A stretch of DNA of 64,000 bases. It comes from Phoronis australis. Taxonomy: Eukaryota > Animalia > Phoronida. The translations under genes were made by a program, and so were the position numbers. The number at the start of each line of letters is the position of its first letter. The first letter of the stretch is position 1. Shown here piece by piece: positions 13,599-25,985 of the stretch. Under the pieces are notes generated by a model. That model was not told the DNA's origin. It did no database searches and worked only from the letters and a program-made list of their open reading frames with translations. The stretch spans positions 197,887-261,886 of the forward strand of contig NMRA01000427.1 in assembly GCA_002633005.1 (NCBI GenBank), read 5' to 3'.

Positions 13599-14837
13599 CA
13601 GGGCTTTGCCTATCAGAACAAACGTCAATGGACTCTTCACCCTTTCTTTATTCTGTCAAAAACTGCATGCAAATAAAGAAAACTTTAGAGTCATTTCATA
13701 TCACAAGCCCTACAGATGAGCACAGAAACTTTGTTCTGTATTTTTGACCCTTTCACTCCCAGTGGAAACCAAGCTAGACTAACAAAAATTAGGGCAAAAT
13801 CGGCACATTTCACCCAAAAATCACCACTTCCCTGCCGATGCTCGACTAAACCCAACATTAGATTCCGAAAGCAAATTTCCTACCAATTCCAAAAATGCGA
13901 TCCAAAAGTACTGTCAACCATCTGGATTTTTTGCAAATCTGGCTTGTTTGAGGGCTTCCTGAAATCGCGGCAAATTTCTCAGTTGCTACACAGCAATGCA
14001 CAATTGCAACAGGGGGCACCATCTTGAAAAAGAGTGCAGCTACAGCCGAGAAAGTGACCTTTTTATTCTCGGCATGTTCAAAAATACAAACAAACCACAT
14101 TCACTTGGCCTACATACAATACCTAACTAAAAATGCCCCCAAGCCTGGCCTATCCTTAGATTTTAATATTTTGGGAGTGCAAATTGGTCGCATCCTCGGT
14201 CTAACTGTTCAGTGCCACCTTATTTGGCAGCAGTGAACAGTTAGGCTGCGGCCACGGGGCATTTTCTAGAATTGGTGTAAAGGGCGTGTGCCGGGTTTAG
14301 CGGCTGTTTTGTGAAGTGCGTTGAAAATAATTTCAAGAAAACTGATTTGCTTGTGCTTTTGAATGAGAAAACCCACGTTTTTTAGCCGTGGTCTACTTTT
14401 GATGTCAAATGGTGGCTGTCATTTGCTTTCAACCCCTGTCGCCTCCAGTCTGGGAAACCGGGTGCAATTTTAGGTTGCTGTCAAACGGATCAAAATTGCC
14501 AAAAATTTAGCTGGTAAGGGGCATACTATGACCACATTTTTAGAATCTGGGAAGTACGAAGATTCTGAATGTGTAGTCAGATTTTTTAGCACTTGCAGGC
14601 AAGTGGTAATTTTGTGGAGAAAACTTTCAAATTTAGTGTTTTTGGTAATATGTTTGTGTGCCGGTCTTTTTTCCAGTGTGAATTAACCAATTAAATATGT
14701 GTAGTGTAATGAAGGTTCAGTTATCATGAGTAGTGCTTGTGAGATGGGAATGCTACAAAACTTTGTTATTTTCAGATTCTTTATAAGGACGTAAGGAAGG
14801 GCCTCTATTTCGGTGTGCGTCAGCAGCCAAAACCCTG
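13599..14837. mobile_element. ~1.24-kb imperfectly palindromic non-autonomous DNA element with CAGGG...CCCTG termini (hAT-like ends)
   Basis: cagggctttgcc at left vs ccaaaaccctg at right; central hairpin ctaactgttca...tgaacagttag (~14201-14244); weaker inverted similarity between 13810-13850 and 14585-14620; no TSD seen. Confidence 0.6.
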
Positions 14838-15001
14838 CAATAACTGTAATGGGCCCCCTTTAATCTATGATAGGGTGCGCCAGATAAACTAGACCATGTA
14901 GCGCAACATTAAAGGGTTTAATAATCAGACGGCATTCGAAGACAAAGAGAGGACCGGAAGGGCTTCAACCAAACACTGTCGTAGGAACAACATACATTAC
15001 T

Positions 15002-15091
15002 GCGTTTTCCCGTTGCTCCCAACTTGTTCGATTCTATAGCCCAACAACAGGTTGGGAAGTTTACCCCTGTAGCCAATATCTTACACGACTG
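15002..15091 (-). repeat. ~90-bp dispersed repeat, copy 1 (probable 3' end of a young LINE/SINE)
   Basis: One mismatch to 48103-48192; both copies end on the minus strand in ...gggaaaacgc(a/t)gtaatg. Confidence 0.85.
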
Positions 15092-18000
15092 ATTAACTCC
15101 AGTCTGGCACTTATGGCCGGAGGGCCAGCTCTCTTTTGTTAGATAATTGCTCTAATCTCCAATAAGATCGTATCTACTCTGACTGGGTTGTGCTGTTAAA
15201 AATAAAAGTTAAGTTGTAACATATTTCATCATAAACCAATAGCATTTCTGAAATCTTCGTCAAATGGTGATCATGTTTTAGTTTTCGAGTCGCCAAAATC
15301 GCCCAACTGCAACCGAAGTTACGACAATCTATTCTTTCCTAATACACCAATTTACTCTGAGTTTGTCTATGTTCACACTTGGTCTGTAATGAGCTTGGTA
15401 GATAATTGACCTGCTTGTTGTCGTAACAGACAAAAGAGTGTGCTTGGCAGTTAAAACAAGGAATCTAGACGCTATGATACGCTCAGAGCCCCCTACGTCT
15501 GGTAAAGTCACTGAACGGGAAAACGCTGCCATGTAAACAAGAAAATGACGTTGGGTCAAACAAAAGACTCAAAAAGACTTAGAACTAAGGAAGCAAACCA
15601 GACAGTGCATAATCAGTTACAGAGGATTTGACAATGTTTGTTTGTTTGCAACAGCTGAGGGTAAGACAAATGCCTTTATCCCGATGGCTGTGATACACCA
15701 TATGATAAAACATTGACTTCCGGTAATTCCAGTGGTTCTTGGATCGACAAAGGGAGTGAATACTCCTACCTGTACTGTAACAAACATGTGTGGTAATTTC
15801 CAGCCTTCAGGAAATGAAGAGGACTTAACTATTGCTAGATTTTCTTTTGATGGCTGTAAAGTAGTTCAATGGAATCATTTAGTGTTTTCAAACTGAAGAA
15901 TTCATGTTGACAGAAATATCTGGTTTCAAACATCACATATCCATACTGAACAATATATATCATGACGTAATTCTGTCATCCACTCTTATGACACGAAAGG
16001 ATCAACTGTGCAGTACTTATTCAAAATTGGCTGCGATTCCTTTTACTCAAACTAATATGTACTTTCTTATCATGGATTTGGTGAATCAATATGGAGTCCG
16101 AAGAACTAATAATTTATCGAGACGAAGATCTTTCATAGTACTCCTCTTTTGCTCTTTCCAGGAGAATGCTCACATGTGCAGTTAACATTGCTTCAATCTC
16201 AAGTCTAATTTAGTATCAGTTTGACTTTATGTAAGGCTAAACGAGATCACCTGAGGCAACAGTAAAATAACGGCATGCCAGTTCTCAAGTCTAGAGATCA
16301 TTCCCAATGTGAGTAAAGAGCGCGATGAGACAAGTTTTATGACAAAATCGGTTTTGGCTTAAGGAGAGGGTTTAGTGCTCCTTAAAAATGCAACGCCAGA
16401 TAAGTTCGGGTTTTGTCACCAAACAAGATTTTTCCTTCAAAATTCAAGATTGCACTTATTCACTACCGTGACAGGATTCATCAGGCAAAATCTGTTTCAG
16501 TGGTGCACATGAGGACATCTGCTCTTCAGCTTGTCAGTCACTTTGATAATGTCAACATTTTTATACTCTACTGTCTGAGGTTTAGGAACTTTTGCGTTGC
16601 ACAAGTCACCGCATCTCGACAAGTACCCCGTGTCGATTGAAACACTGGTCGACAAAGCGAAATTAATGAGTTCGTTTTTGGTTAACTTTCATATCATCAA
16701 CTTGGGGGAAACGATCCTTTCTTAACTTTCCAAGAATGTAATTTTAAAAGCGGAAACTGAAAAAACTCCCAAGTATCAGTTTACGAGATTGCAAATTGAT
16801 TTCAAGAAGTGTTTTATTACTTTTAATTACCCTGTCTCACACAAAATAATCTTTTACCACTGGTAGAGATGGTGACAAATGTGGACATCAGCATTTCCTT
16901 TAAAATTCTAGTTTTTTAAATTGTAACACACGTTGAAGCCAAAAATATTCAACACTCGGGCCAAACCCGAAATTGTTAGTGAAGGGGGGGTGCAGAAATT
17001 AGTATCAATTTGGGAGCAGTTTGCAATGAACAGCCCCTTTCTGGACCACGTGGCTAAGCCAGCGATACTGTTGTCAATGGTACTAACAAGATTCTACGTT
17101 AACTACATCTATGTAAATATGCCGAACATATTTCAGGTACATGTATAAATAGTGCCAGCAAGCCGAAATAACTGACAAACTAGTGACTGACGGAGAGTAA
17201 TTGGGTGGAGAGTGGGGGTATCAATTTCAGTTATAGTTACCGGTAGTATATGACGTGGTGGATGTATTCCAACGTCAAAATACCGTAAGTCTGCTTGGTT
17301 AGAAATGCATTTACTGTTCTGCGCAGGTGTATAGCACAAACTAACATGCAAGAAAAATAGCATTAATTTTATTAGAGCACATCCATTTAACAATAATAAT
17401 GAACCATAGAGAATACATGGGCCATTCACAGAGTACGACTGCAATGTAAAATTTACGTTTTGCGCGGCTAGTTTCTTGCGAATTTGGTAAGAACACGCAA
17501 GTCTTCGAGATAGAATGTCATGATACATTTCAGTGAAGCACCCGCTAACTCGAAAAATCCTGCGTTAGGAAAAGGGTGCTCAATCATTCTTATACATTAC
17601 AAAGGCAGAGGTTGAGGCAGTTGCGTCATTCTGATTAGTCTCACACTTTTCATTCTGTCAATAAGTGTAGCGCCCTCTTTAGAAGACCTGTGTATTGACA
17701 ACACCCTAATACGTGGCCATGTTGCTTATATTGCTCCCTCCAACTTAAACGCTGAGACTATCAAAACGTTTTTGCAATTTTTTAAGTCATGTTGGACAGA
17801 GAAAAGCGAAGGGGTTCGAATGACAACTTATCCCAATCAATTCCAGTTGAACTGAAGAAGACGTGGCTAACTCGCTACGGATTACCTAATTTTGCTGTGA
17901 AAACCAAATGCGACTACACATGATTGCAGAAGTCATCATGGAAGAACTGAATCGTCTACAAGTGCCCCAATAATTAGTTGAATGACAAATATTAAATAGA

Positions 18001-18550
18001 AAAAGTCTCATGAAACTAGCCGCTCTGGGCGAATGCCAAATTTTAACTATGAAACGGGTACGTAAATTCCCGTGTTTCACAAGTAGCTCCTAGGAACCTG
18101 TTTGGAGCTGAGATCAGGCGTGCCCTCTCCAAGTGTCACGCCAATACGTGTACACGTGTTTTTCTCCTGAGTACAATTCTGAATAAATAAAACATTCCGT
18201 GTAACATTAATTCCGCTAAAATATTCGCATACGTACATGTGCATTATAAAACCTTTACTTGGGCAAATTCGCCAAAACCGCGTCTGTCTTTTACACGAGC
18301 ACAAAACTCCATTTAATTTGTTTGTAATAAGTGTTTATGAATATACAAAATCATTTGCCAACAGTTTGTACCAGTAGTTATATAACGAAGTGACACTTCT
18401 GTTTTGCGATGCTTTTGTGGGGATTTTAATTGATATTCGCTTTAAAGTGCTAAGCTAGACATGCTGCCAGCAAGTAGAAATGCTAGACATGCTACCAGCA
18501 AGTAGAAATGCCGAAGGTTTGCCATTACACTTCAGCATTTAGCCACATCC

Positions 18551-18783
18551 TTAGAAAGCCGCGTTATCTTTCCCCTCGCGCACCACGTGAATGGATCTAT
18601 TTCGCGCCGCAAAGAACACAGTGACACCTATCATAAGAAGCAGAAGGATGGCTAGCACGGCCACAACTGCGTAGAAAATGGTTGCACTGATATGTCCTTC
18701 ACAGATGGCGTTCTTGTCGTTGTTGTTGTTTTTCTGAGTCTTATCAACTACATTCACCTCTTCTTTGGTGATTATTTTGCCGT
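18551..18783 (-). CDS. ZP protein last coding exon (stalk, TM IFYAVVAVLAILLLLMIGVTVFFAA, tail ending DNAAF*)
   Basis: ctttgtctttttcag| acceptor, phase 1, TAA at 18551-18553. Confidence 0.9.
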
Positions 18784-19955
18784 CTGAAAAAGACAAAGCG
18801 CAAATTCATGGAATCGTTCGGTAACATTTTTTAATCCACATTTACATTCTTCGTCAACGAAACATCTAGTCTCGAAAATCATAGTCCTAACCTTTAGGAA
18901 CTCGTGTTTTCATCCTTTGTCTGGCACTGATGTTAACGTACAGAGGTCACGATAATTGCGACCGAGTTCACGGTTGGCAGGATTCGCTTATAAGGCAATT
19001 AGAAATTTTGCAATTCTACACACTTAGGCCTGTCTGTTGTCAAAAATGTCCTACATGTATAACCAAAGTTCATCACAGTAGTTGGAAGACGGGTACTTCT
19101 GTAGAGTTTCGAATTCCCATGTTGAATTCATCGTTCTGTTGAAAATGGCAGCTTTTCTCAGAAAGTTTTTGTCAAAAAAGGTATCCTTTCGTTGAAAAAA
19201 GTGGTCTTGATTAGAACTGCGTGTTTAAAACAATATCAGAAAGTTATAGTATTGGGCTCTCGAATTATTTGCACATGCATATAACAAGAAAGCGGGCGGT
19301 AGATTGAGGGGCGAGCGCTCCCTCCCCACTCATGAAGTCTAAGACAGCGTCCGCTACTAAGCAAGTACCCGGGAAGCGGTAATCGGCTGCATGCCTCCCC
19401 CCCCCCTTCCTGCTAAACAGGAACGTAGGAGAGAAGTGGGAGACCGGCTGCGCACGTGGCCCCACTGATGTGCAGGCGTGAGTGTGAAGACTTTGTGGCG
19501 ACTGGAATAGCCGTTAGGGTGGAAAACAAGCACAATTAAGATAAGAAAGAGCCACAGAAACCGTGGAAAATAGAAAGCACTTCATTTGACATTTGAAATT
19601 GTTCCTGATTAACCATAGATTGCGTGTTCATGCAAAGCACAACAGGATCAATACGTCTTGTAAGAAATTTGCGACGCTTCAGCGAACCTTGATACAGAGC
19701 GAAAAATGTCTAGTACTTAACCCCAGAGATCACATGGAGATTTTACCAATATAAAACAATTGTCTGCAAATTGATTATTCAGTGGATTTTGAAGTATATC
19801 CAGGTTCATGAAACACACATTTGGCGCTTACTTCCAATTAAGCAAACCTACCAACACCTACGACCCCACTGACTCGAACCATCCTACGCCTATAACAAGA
19901 AGACATTAAACATGCAGTGGTAAGGAGCGTTATTAATTAACTGTTTGTAACTCAC

Positions 19956-20055
19956 CATTTGAAGAAGTAACGGGAATGGTCATGGTGAATACACGAGACA
20001 CCGTGCCTTCGTCATCTGCAGACCTCCTCTTACGGCTAACGCATGCATTTTTATC
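19956..20055 (-). CDS. ZP protein exon: DKNACVSRKRRSADDEGTVSRVFTMTIPVTSSN (last ZP Cys, furin site, external hydrophobic patch)
   Basis: gtttgtttaag| ... |gtgagt; 100 nt; phase 0 to 1. Confidence 0.9.
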
Positions 20056-21617
20056 CTTAAACAAACCAGATAAGATACTGAGATTTGTAGAGGAGTTTCA
20101 TTTAGGGGAGTACAGTGTAGCGCCGAGATCGCAAAACATGCCAAGAAATCTTTTCTGTGAACGAAAACCTGTACAGTGCCGGAGATAATATGCCAGAGGT
20201 TTTAACTCCGCAGTGTTTTTCCAAGTGACGCGAGTAAATTTTTGAGGAAAAGTTCTCGGTTTGAACGATTGTCTGGTAGGGGCCGATATGGGATTTTTCA
20301 AAGGGGAGTTGTATCAAGGATTTTTTAAAAAGGGGAATCACAGTCAACACTTTGAAAATTCTAGATTCGATGTCGCTTAAATCAAAGGGAAAGGGATGGC
20401 GGGCCCCCGTTGGCCCCCCTGGATCCGCCAATGTCTGGGTAAGAGACAAGAACCTTTCTGAATGGACACGGAGGTGTAAGATTTAAACTATCTGCCTCGT
20501 GGCCCAGTGCTTTATAGTTATTGTCGATGAACATCGGCATAGGGCGACGAGGTTTAAACGGGAACTCGACAGTCATCAATCCTCAGTATTAGGAGTCAGG
20601 CGGCTCCCCAACGTCGGGAAAATTGGTTTATAGACAGAGATCGTGTAACTTCGTAATATAGTTTACAAAACAGCCACAGGCTTTGCATACCGAAGTCGGC
20701 CATTACAGGAATGCCATGAACAAACACAGAACAGCAGTATGTTAGTGAGCTATTCAAAGTCGTATTCTAGGGTTATATTAAAGGTCTATGTTTTATTAAA
20801 TATATGATGGGACATGAATTTGTTGTTTATTTATTATTCTAACTTAGGTTTTAATTATTTCAAATGGATCTGTTCCAGCGTTGGTCATTTAGGCCTACTC
20901 TTTTGATTCGTTTACTTTCTTGAGGCTGAACTGTCCCCTGGAATCTATCCACACATGTTCTAAGCAGTACGACACAGTGTTCACAGAAACATCCCAGAGC
21001 CAAATAACCATTCCCTGATATGGCAACATTGTGATGAATTTCTTGTGATTTCCTGCGTTTTTAAGGTTGTTTTTGTGAGTCACTTAGTTCAGTTGCACAA
21101 CATTACTGTCCCGGTGATACCCATATAAAGCCGTCCATTGAAAAAAATGGTATCTACACCCACGTTTTGTACTGGATTTAAGAAAGCAAAACTATAGTAT
21201 TGTACATATCTGATAATGACTTGTTATCGTATATGTGCCATACAGTGAAAGCTTTAAGAAAACCGTTTCACGGTTGCGTACATTTTACTTTCAGAAATTT
21301 CTTGAATGCCTCTAAGACGAAGTTGAGCCTAAGAGAATTGACTTTTACAAAGCATTTACTGACTTCATTGCTTGAAGTAATTTGGATGTTTTTTCAAGCT
21401 TGCCCTCATGATACATGCATACTTTGCTTCAAATACACTTGTGGTATAAATTGCAATGTCTCAAATTGTATACCAACTTTCCCCAAAGGAAACAGGACGA
21501 GATGTTACCACTTTGAATGGGCAAAAGACTCTGTAAGTTAGTCAATGCCTTTCAAATTTTGATCAGATCAGCACGTAGGTTCACAAGCCCAGCACAGACA
21601 ATCAAGTAGTTAAACTA

Positions 21618-21901
21618 CAGGGGCGGATCCAGGATTTTGACTTAGGAGGGCCAGGGCACAGGAATAACCATAATTTCGCCGCATGCACGCAACCAGCATA
21701 AAATATAGGGATGTAGGAGGACTCCAATTTTTAGTTTGTGGACCTTTGTTCAAGGCCATGAATTTTGCATTAGCCGCCGAGCCCCCCTGGGTGCTCGCAT
21801 ATGCCATTCAGCAATTCGTACCCTGAATTGCCAAATGGAATCAGGGAGAATTTTAGGAGGGGGCAATTGGCCCCCTTGGCCCTTCTCTAAATACGCTACT
21901 G
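21618..21901 (-). mobile_element. MITE with CAGGGGCGGATCCAG / CAGTRGCG-ATTTAG type TIRs (same family as 30436-30597, ~10850-10965 and ~58330-58447)
   Basis: Terminal inverted similarity and shared internal aaaattctccc...ccatttggcaa block. Confidence 0.8.
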
Positions 21902-21934
21902 CAGTTATAAACTTATTTTGTGCTTGACACTGCC

Positions 21935-22478
21935 ATAATGGTACTCAAAACTAAGTCTTCGTACGTATTGCTCGCTCCACATGGATTCTTACTGTGAAAA
22001 TGCGCCGTGTTTTTGTCAGATCTTTTTGACTAAGCTCTGTCTTACCTTTGGTGAAAGCTGGTATGTTTAACTTTACTCGTCTTGGAAACAGTAGGTCATA
22101 AATAGTTAAACCTGTATCTGCCATAACTTCGTCATTGGGTAAAAGGTACTCCATTTCTCTACAATGTATCTGTCACTACACATAGCCCCGAATGCTTTAG
22201 ATCTGTACATAATGTACCCATTTAGTGCAATTGCAACCAGTACTTTGCAGTATTGTGCGATATGTACTTGCTATATATGTTTCACCCCCTGTCAATGATT
22301 TCAAAACAGCTGATCTGCTACCAAATACAAAAACACAAGAAGGCACACCAGCTCAGAAGGCTTGTTTTACAGACAGACTGTACTGGTTCCAGTGTTTAGT
22401 CTAGCATGCCTGTAATGGCGTGACCTCAATATGGCGCTCCCCAGGAATTCGGCAGTTTCCGTTATGGAATCTGTCTAT
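21935..22478 (-). mobile_element. ISL2EU/PIF-Harbinger-group (DDE_Tnp_4) transposase fragment, disabled, in a ZP gene intron
   Basis: DEVMADTGLTIYDLL...LNIPAFTKGKTELS...TRRIFTVRIHVERAI matches the MADRGF...NIPxF...RIHVERAI signature; frameshifted upstream HNTxK/NGYIM segment; the right boundary is approximate. Confidence 0.85.
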
Positions 22479-22844
22479 AGAAGGCCTAGTCCATTATTCT
22501 TCATTAATAATTTTTGCATCTATTTATTTACGGGGATAAATAATATTATCCATACATGTAGTTTAAGTGCCCTGTTTTTACTTCACGCAGTACTCATATC
22601 CGAGATGGCGGCTATACTAAGGGTCAGATCACGTGACTACCGGACTTTTTGAAAAGCGCACAGAAAATAACAGCTGTGGCCAAACCTTCATGCTTTGTTC
22701 AAAAAGTGAACGATTTTTAGTTAATTACAGTATACAGTAAGTAGAATGAGTTTCGTGGACACAGGAATCAGGCAACAAGCAATGTCACACAAAACAACAC
22801 AAAATAACACGAATCCCACAACGAGCATAACGGCAATAATACAT

Positions 22845-23062
22845 AATGATGATGATGATAATGACAGCACCAATGACGGCAATGATGACGATGGTGATGT
22901 GATGATAATTAATGATGGTGATAGTGGTGCTGGTGCTGGTGTTGGTGCTGGTGATGATGGTGACGGTGATGGTGGTGGTGGTAATGATGGGTGGTGGTGG
23001 TGATGATGGGTAGTGTTGTTGGTGGAGTTGTTGGTGGTGTACATGGTGGTGGTGGTAGTGAT
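22845..23062. repeat. Degenerate (GAT)n/(GGT)n trinucleotide tract
   Basis: Directly visible; explains spurious low-complexity ORFs on both strands. Confidence 0.9.
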
Positions 23063-23094
23063 TGTAATGAGCCCGAAATTTAAAGGAGACTTAC

Positions 23095-23254
23095 TTGCAT
23101 TTTCTGATGCTTGAAAAAGGTCACCTTAACTTCAAACTTGACCTCCAGTTTAAGGTAAAATCTGAAGGCCTTCAGTTCAATATATATACTGAGCGTAGTT
23201 CCATTCGTTGTTGGAAAGCCTACTTCAGCGTGAGGTATATCGTCGCCTTTACAT
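23095..23254 (-). CDS. ZP protein exon: CKGDDIPHAEVGFPTTNGTTLSIYIELKAFRFYLKLEVKFEVKVTFFKHQKMQ (ZP-C with AFRF motif)
   Basis: tttttttcag| ... |gtaagt; 160 nt; phase 2 to 0. Confidence 0.9.
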
Positions 23255-24069
23255 CTGAAAAAAAATATTAAATATAAGTATAAAGACCTGGAAACGCCTG
23301 ATGACCAATCTAGTTCAAAATGGGCGGATTACACTTTGGAGGGCATTACACGTGATCAGCTATGGTGCTTTGTGAAGTTTTGCACCTCCTTACATGAGAG
23401 TGTTGACGTTGTGTGCTTACGAATGAAGCTAACCGTACCCTTAACAGATATTCAAAACAGAGTTCCAGGCTAGAGGTCAAGCATCATCCCAGGATGCAGA
23501 ATGACCATCCCTATTTGTTTGCGCTTTATCGCCGACTGGTCATAATTTTTTAACCCTCCGTAATTCTGTTCCTACACGCGCTCTCATCGGCGCCAAGTAG
23601 GGGCACGTTCCAAAAACTTGAGATCCTTGCGCGTCACTTCGTCGAAAATTTTGGCTCATCCAATTAAAACAGTCAATGTTTTCCCATTCAACATTCCTAG
23701 CTCTCGGAGTAATCACTGGGTTACTTAGACGCAAGAATTTCGTGGGCAAACAGGTGTAATAACGTTCTTCGCTCGTAAAGCATTACTGGCGACATATCGC
23801 GAAGTGTTGCGTGTTCTTTCGTTTTTGCGAGCTTTTTGGGTCTCCGGAAGGCAGGCCTGGCCCCCTGCATGCCATTAAAGCAAATTTCCATCACAGCAGC
23901 TTCGGTTTTCTACTGCACAGAGTTCGATAAAAATCAAAATTAGTCCGGCTTGCGAAGACTGCATTGTATTGTTCGTTTCGCTAGGCGTAACAATCGACGC
24001 GCACGTGATCTCTACTTAATCTCAAATCTACTGAACGCGTATCTGGTGAACCACATAGTCTCTACCTAC

Positions 24070-24145
24070 CTGTTCTTGATGAGGTACAAGTTGGACCCTG
24101 CTGGAGACTTGGTGTACAAGTCATCAACCAAAGCGCCCTTGAAAA
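24070..24145 (-). CDS. ZP protein exon: FKGALVDDLYTKSPAGSNLYLIKN(R)
   Basis: ggtttcgtttcag| ... |gtaggt; 76 nt; phase 1 to 2; joins to give YLIKNRC (ZP-C YxIxNGC equivalent). Confidence 0.88.
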
Positions 24146-24302
24146 CTGAAACGAAACCGAAAGCCGCTGTCATCGTAGTCACATGTACACTGTACAGTGT
24201 TGCATACACGTACATTGCAAGTACGATAAACAGGTAAGGCTTGAGAGGTAAAGCTGCTATATATGTACACTCGTCATACAGTGAAAAAATGACGTTCGAT
24301 AC

Positions 24303-25300
24303 CATAGGCGGATTTAGGGGGGCCCAGGGAGCCCGGGCCCGCCCCCCCCCCCTTGGCTGCCGCAAAAAAACAAAACAGCAAGAGCGTAGGGAAATGTTGA
24401 GTTTATTAATTTGCCCCTGTAATTAAAATTATACGGATGAAAAAAGATTTAATTGTGTGCAGTTTTAGTGCTTGGGGGGGCTCAGATCCAATTTCAAGTG
24501 TCAAATTCGGAACACGGCGCATTCGTAACCGAACTATGGCTAAGTGTAGGCTCTCCCGCGATATCTCAGGCGACCGGCAGTGGCGCTGCGCACTACGACT
24601 CCGTTTCCGTCGTCTGCTCCACTGTTCAATGGAGAAAATTTACTTCATTTTTTAAAGAAAATGGAACCTGAGTGACGATGAAAAAACAAAAGCTGCTGGT
24701 AAGATGTGAACTTTAATCGAAGCCTAAGTGAATCACTCAGAAACTCATTAATTCGCTCTTTGTCAAACCTTAACTTAAGACGATTTCCAAAGCAATCCCG
24801 TCATTATTGCCAACACGAAAAACGGATTTGGTCTTTTGGGTATTTGAAGACTATTTTAAATACAACAATTTGTTTAAGAACCGATTACACAAAATATAAA
24901 ACGTGTAAAAAGCATTACAAAAAGAAGTAGGTTTCGCGCGCAAACGCTGTGGACCATAAACAAGTAGGTCTCTTAGCACGAGATTTGTACTGAAATCGTG
25001 GCGGTGTAGTGGTAAAGCACGCGTGTCCTAACAGCCAGGTCGTGAGTTCGAGTCTGTGAAACTCGCAGTTTTTCCTGTGTGACACGTTCTTCGTGTTTTT
25101 TTTTTCTTGGATAATACATCAGGAATCAAGGAAAATGCTTGATTTTTAGAGGAAAAAACAGAAAAATTTCCTGGGCGGGAGGGGGGTTTGCCCCCCTCCC
25201 TCCATTCGGCGCTGTGCGCATCTACAATCGTGGTTTGCGCAAATGCTTACAGCCGGAGAAAATGTTGGGCCCCCCTTGTGATATCCTAGATCCGCCACTG
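24303..25300. mobile_element. ~1-kb non-autonomous TIR element flanked by a GATAC direct repeat, carrying an internal tRNA-like (A/B box) segment
   Basis: cataggcggatttagg...cctagatccgccactg termini; gatac at 24298-24302 and 25301-25305. Confidence 0.75.
24998..25056 (+). other. tRNA-derived (SINE-head-like) sequence, not a functional tRNA
   Basis: A-box-like tggcggtgtagtggt and B-box gagttcgagtc; acceptor and anticodon stems do not close. Confidence 0.55.
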
Positions 25301-25854
25301 GATACACAGTAGACCCCTTGCCGTTAGCTTGTCTCGTTTTTCTTAGAGATCAGTTAAGGACTACACACCGATTGCATGACACTTCGCTATTACTCTCGAG
25401 GAAGTTGGCATATCTCGAGAGTTGACTTGTGATGTGAGAACGGACTCTGGTAATAAATATGTGTCACTTCATTAACTGTGCATAGAAAACAAATTTAAAA
25501 TGGTTGCATCTCGCTAATAGCCCCAAGTCAAAAGTATCTTTCTTGGACGGATGGCAGGTTTATAACACACCTGTAAGGTAATACATGTAGTTCAGCATTC
25601 ATTTGGTAGAACTTAAATTCGACTCAATTTTGCTCGGTGCCTTTTGGGCAGTTTTTGAGTGAGCACTTGGTCTCCGTTGCAATTTCACAAGGTGTACCAA
25701 AATTTTGGCACAAATTTTTAATGAGAATCTTTGTAGTGGTAACAAAATCAATGCGAGGTGATTTTTATTTACTTTGGGTCTAAAAATTACGTTCTCAAAA
25801 TGTACGCCTCCAGCGCCTGAACTCTCATTTGCTCGATTTGATTGGGCAGTCATC

Positions 25855-25985
25855 TATACTCGTCACTGGCCGATGACATGAGCTAAACCTATTGGAAATT
25901 TCGTCAAAATTCCGAGGCTTGTCGATAGATTTTGACAAAATTTCCAAGAGGTTTTGCCCATGTCAAAAACCTGAGACGAGTGTAG
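25855..25985. mobile_element. ~130-bp palindromic non-autonomous element
   Basis: ctatactcgtc...gacgagtgtag outer arms; ttggaaatttcgtcaaaat...attttgacaaaatttccaa inner arms around a ccgaggcttgtcga centre. Confidence 0.7.

Noticed and set aside
18454-18509. 28-bp tandem duplication in the ZP 3' UTR
   Set aside because: Only two units with one mismatch; ordinary slippage, not an array.
19455-19470. 16-nt match (CATCAGTGGGGCCACG, minus strand) to my recollection of human RNase P RNA, and a nearby ACCCTAAC telomerase-template-like word
   Set aside because: No RNase P CR-I/CR-V (P4) motifs, and no U-rich pseudoknot or H/ACA end, so treated as coincidence.
22721-23044. His/Pro-rich and Asp/Gly-rich ORFs on both strands
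   Set aside because: Translations of a trinucleotide microsatellite inside an intron.
24998-25060. tRNA gene
   Set aside because: A and B boxes are present but the cloverleaf stems do not pair; recorded only as tRNA-derived sequence.
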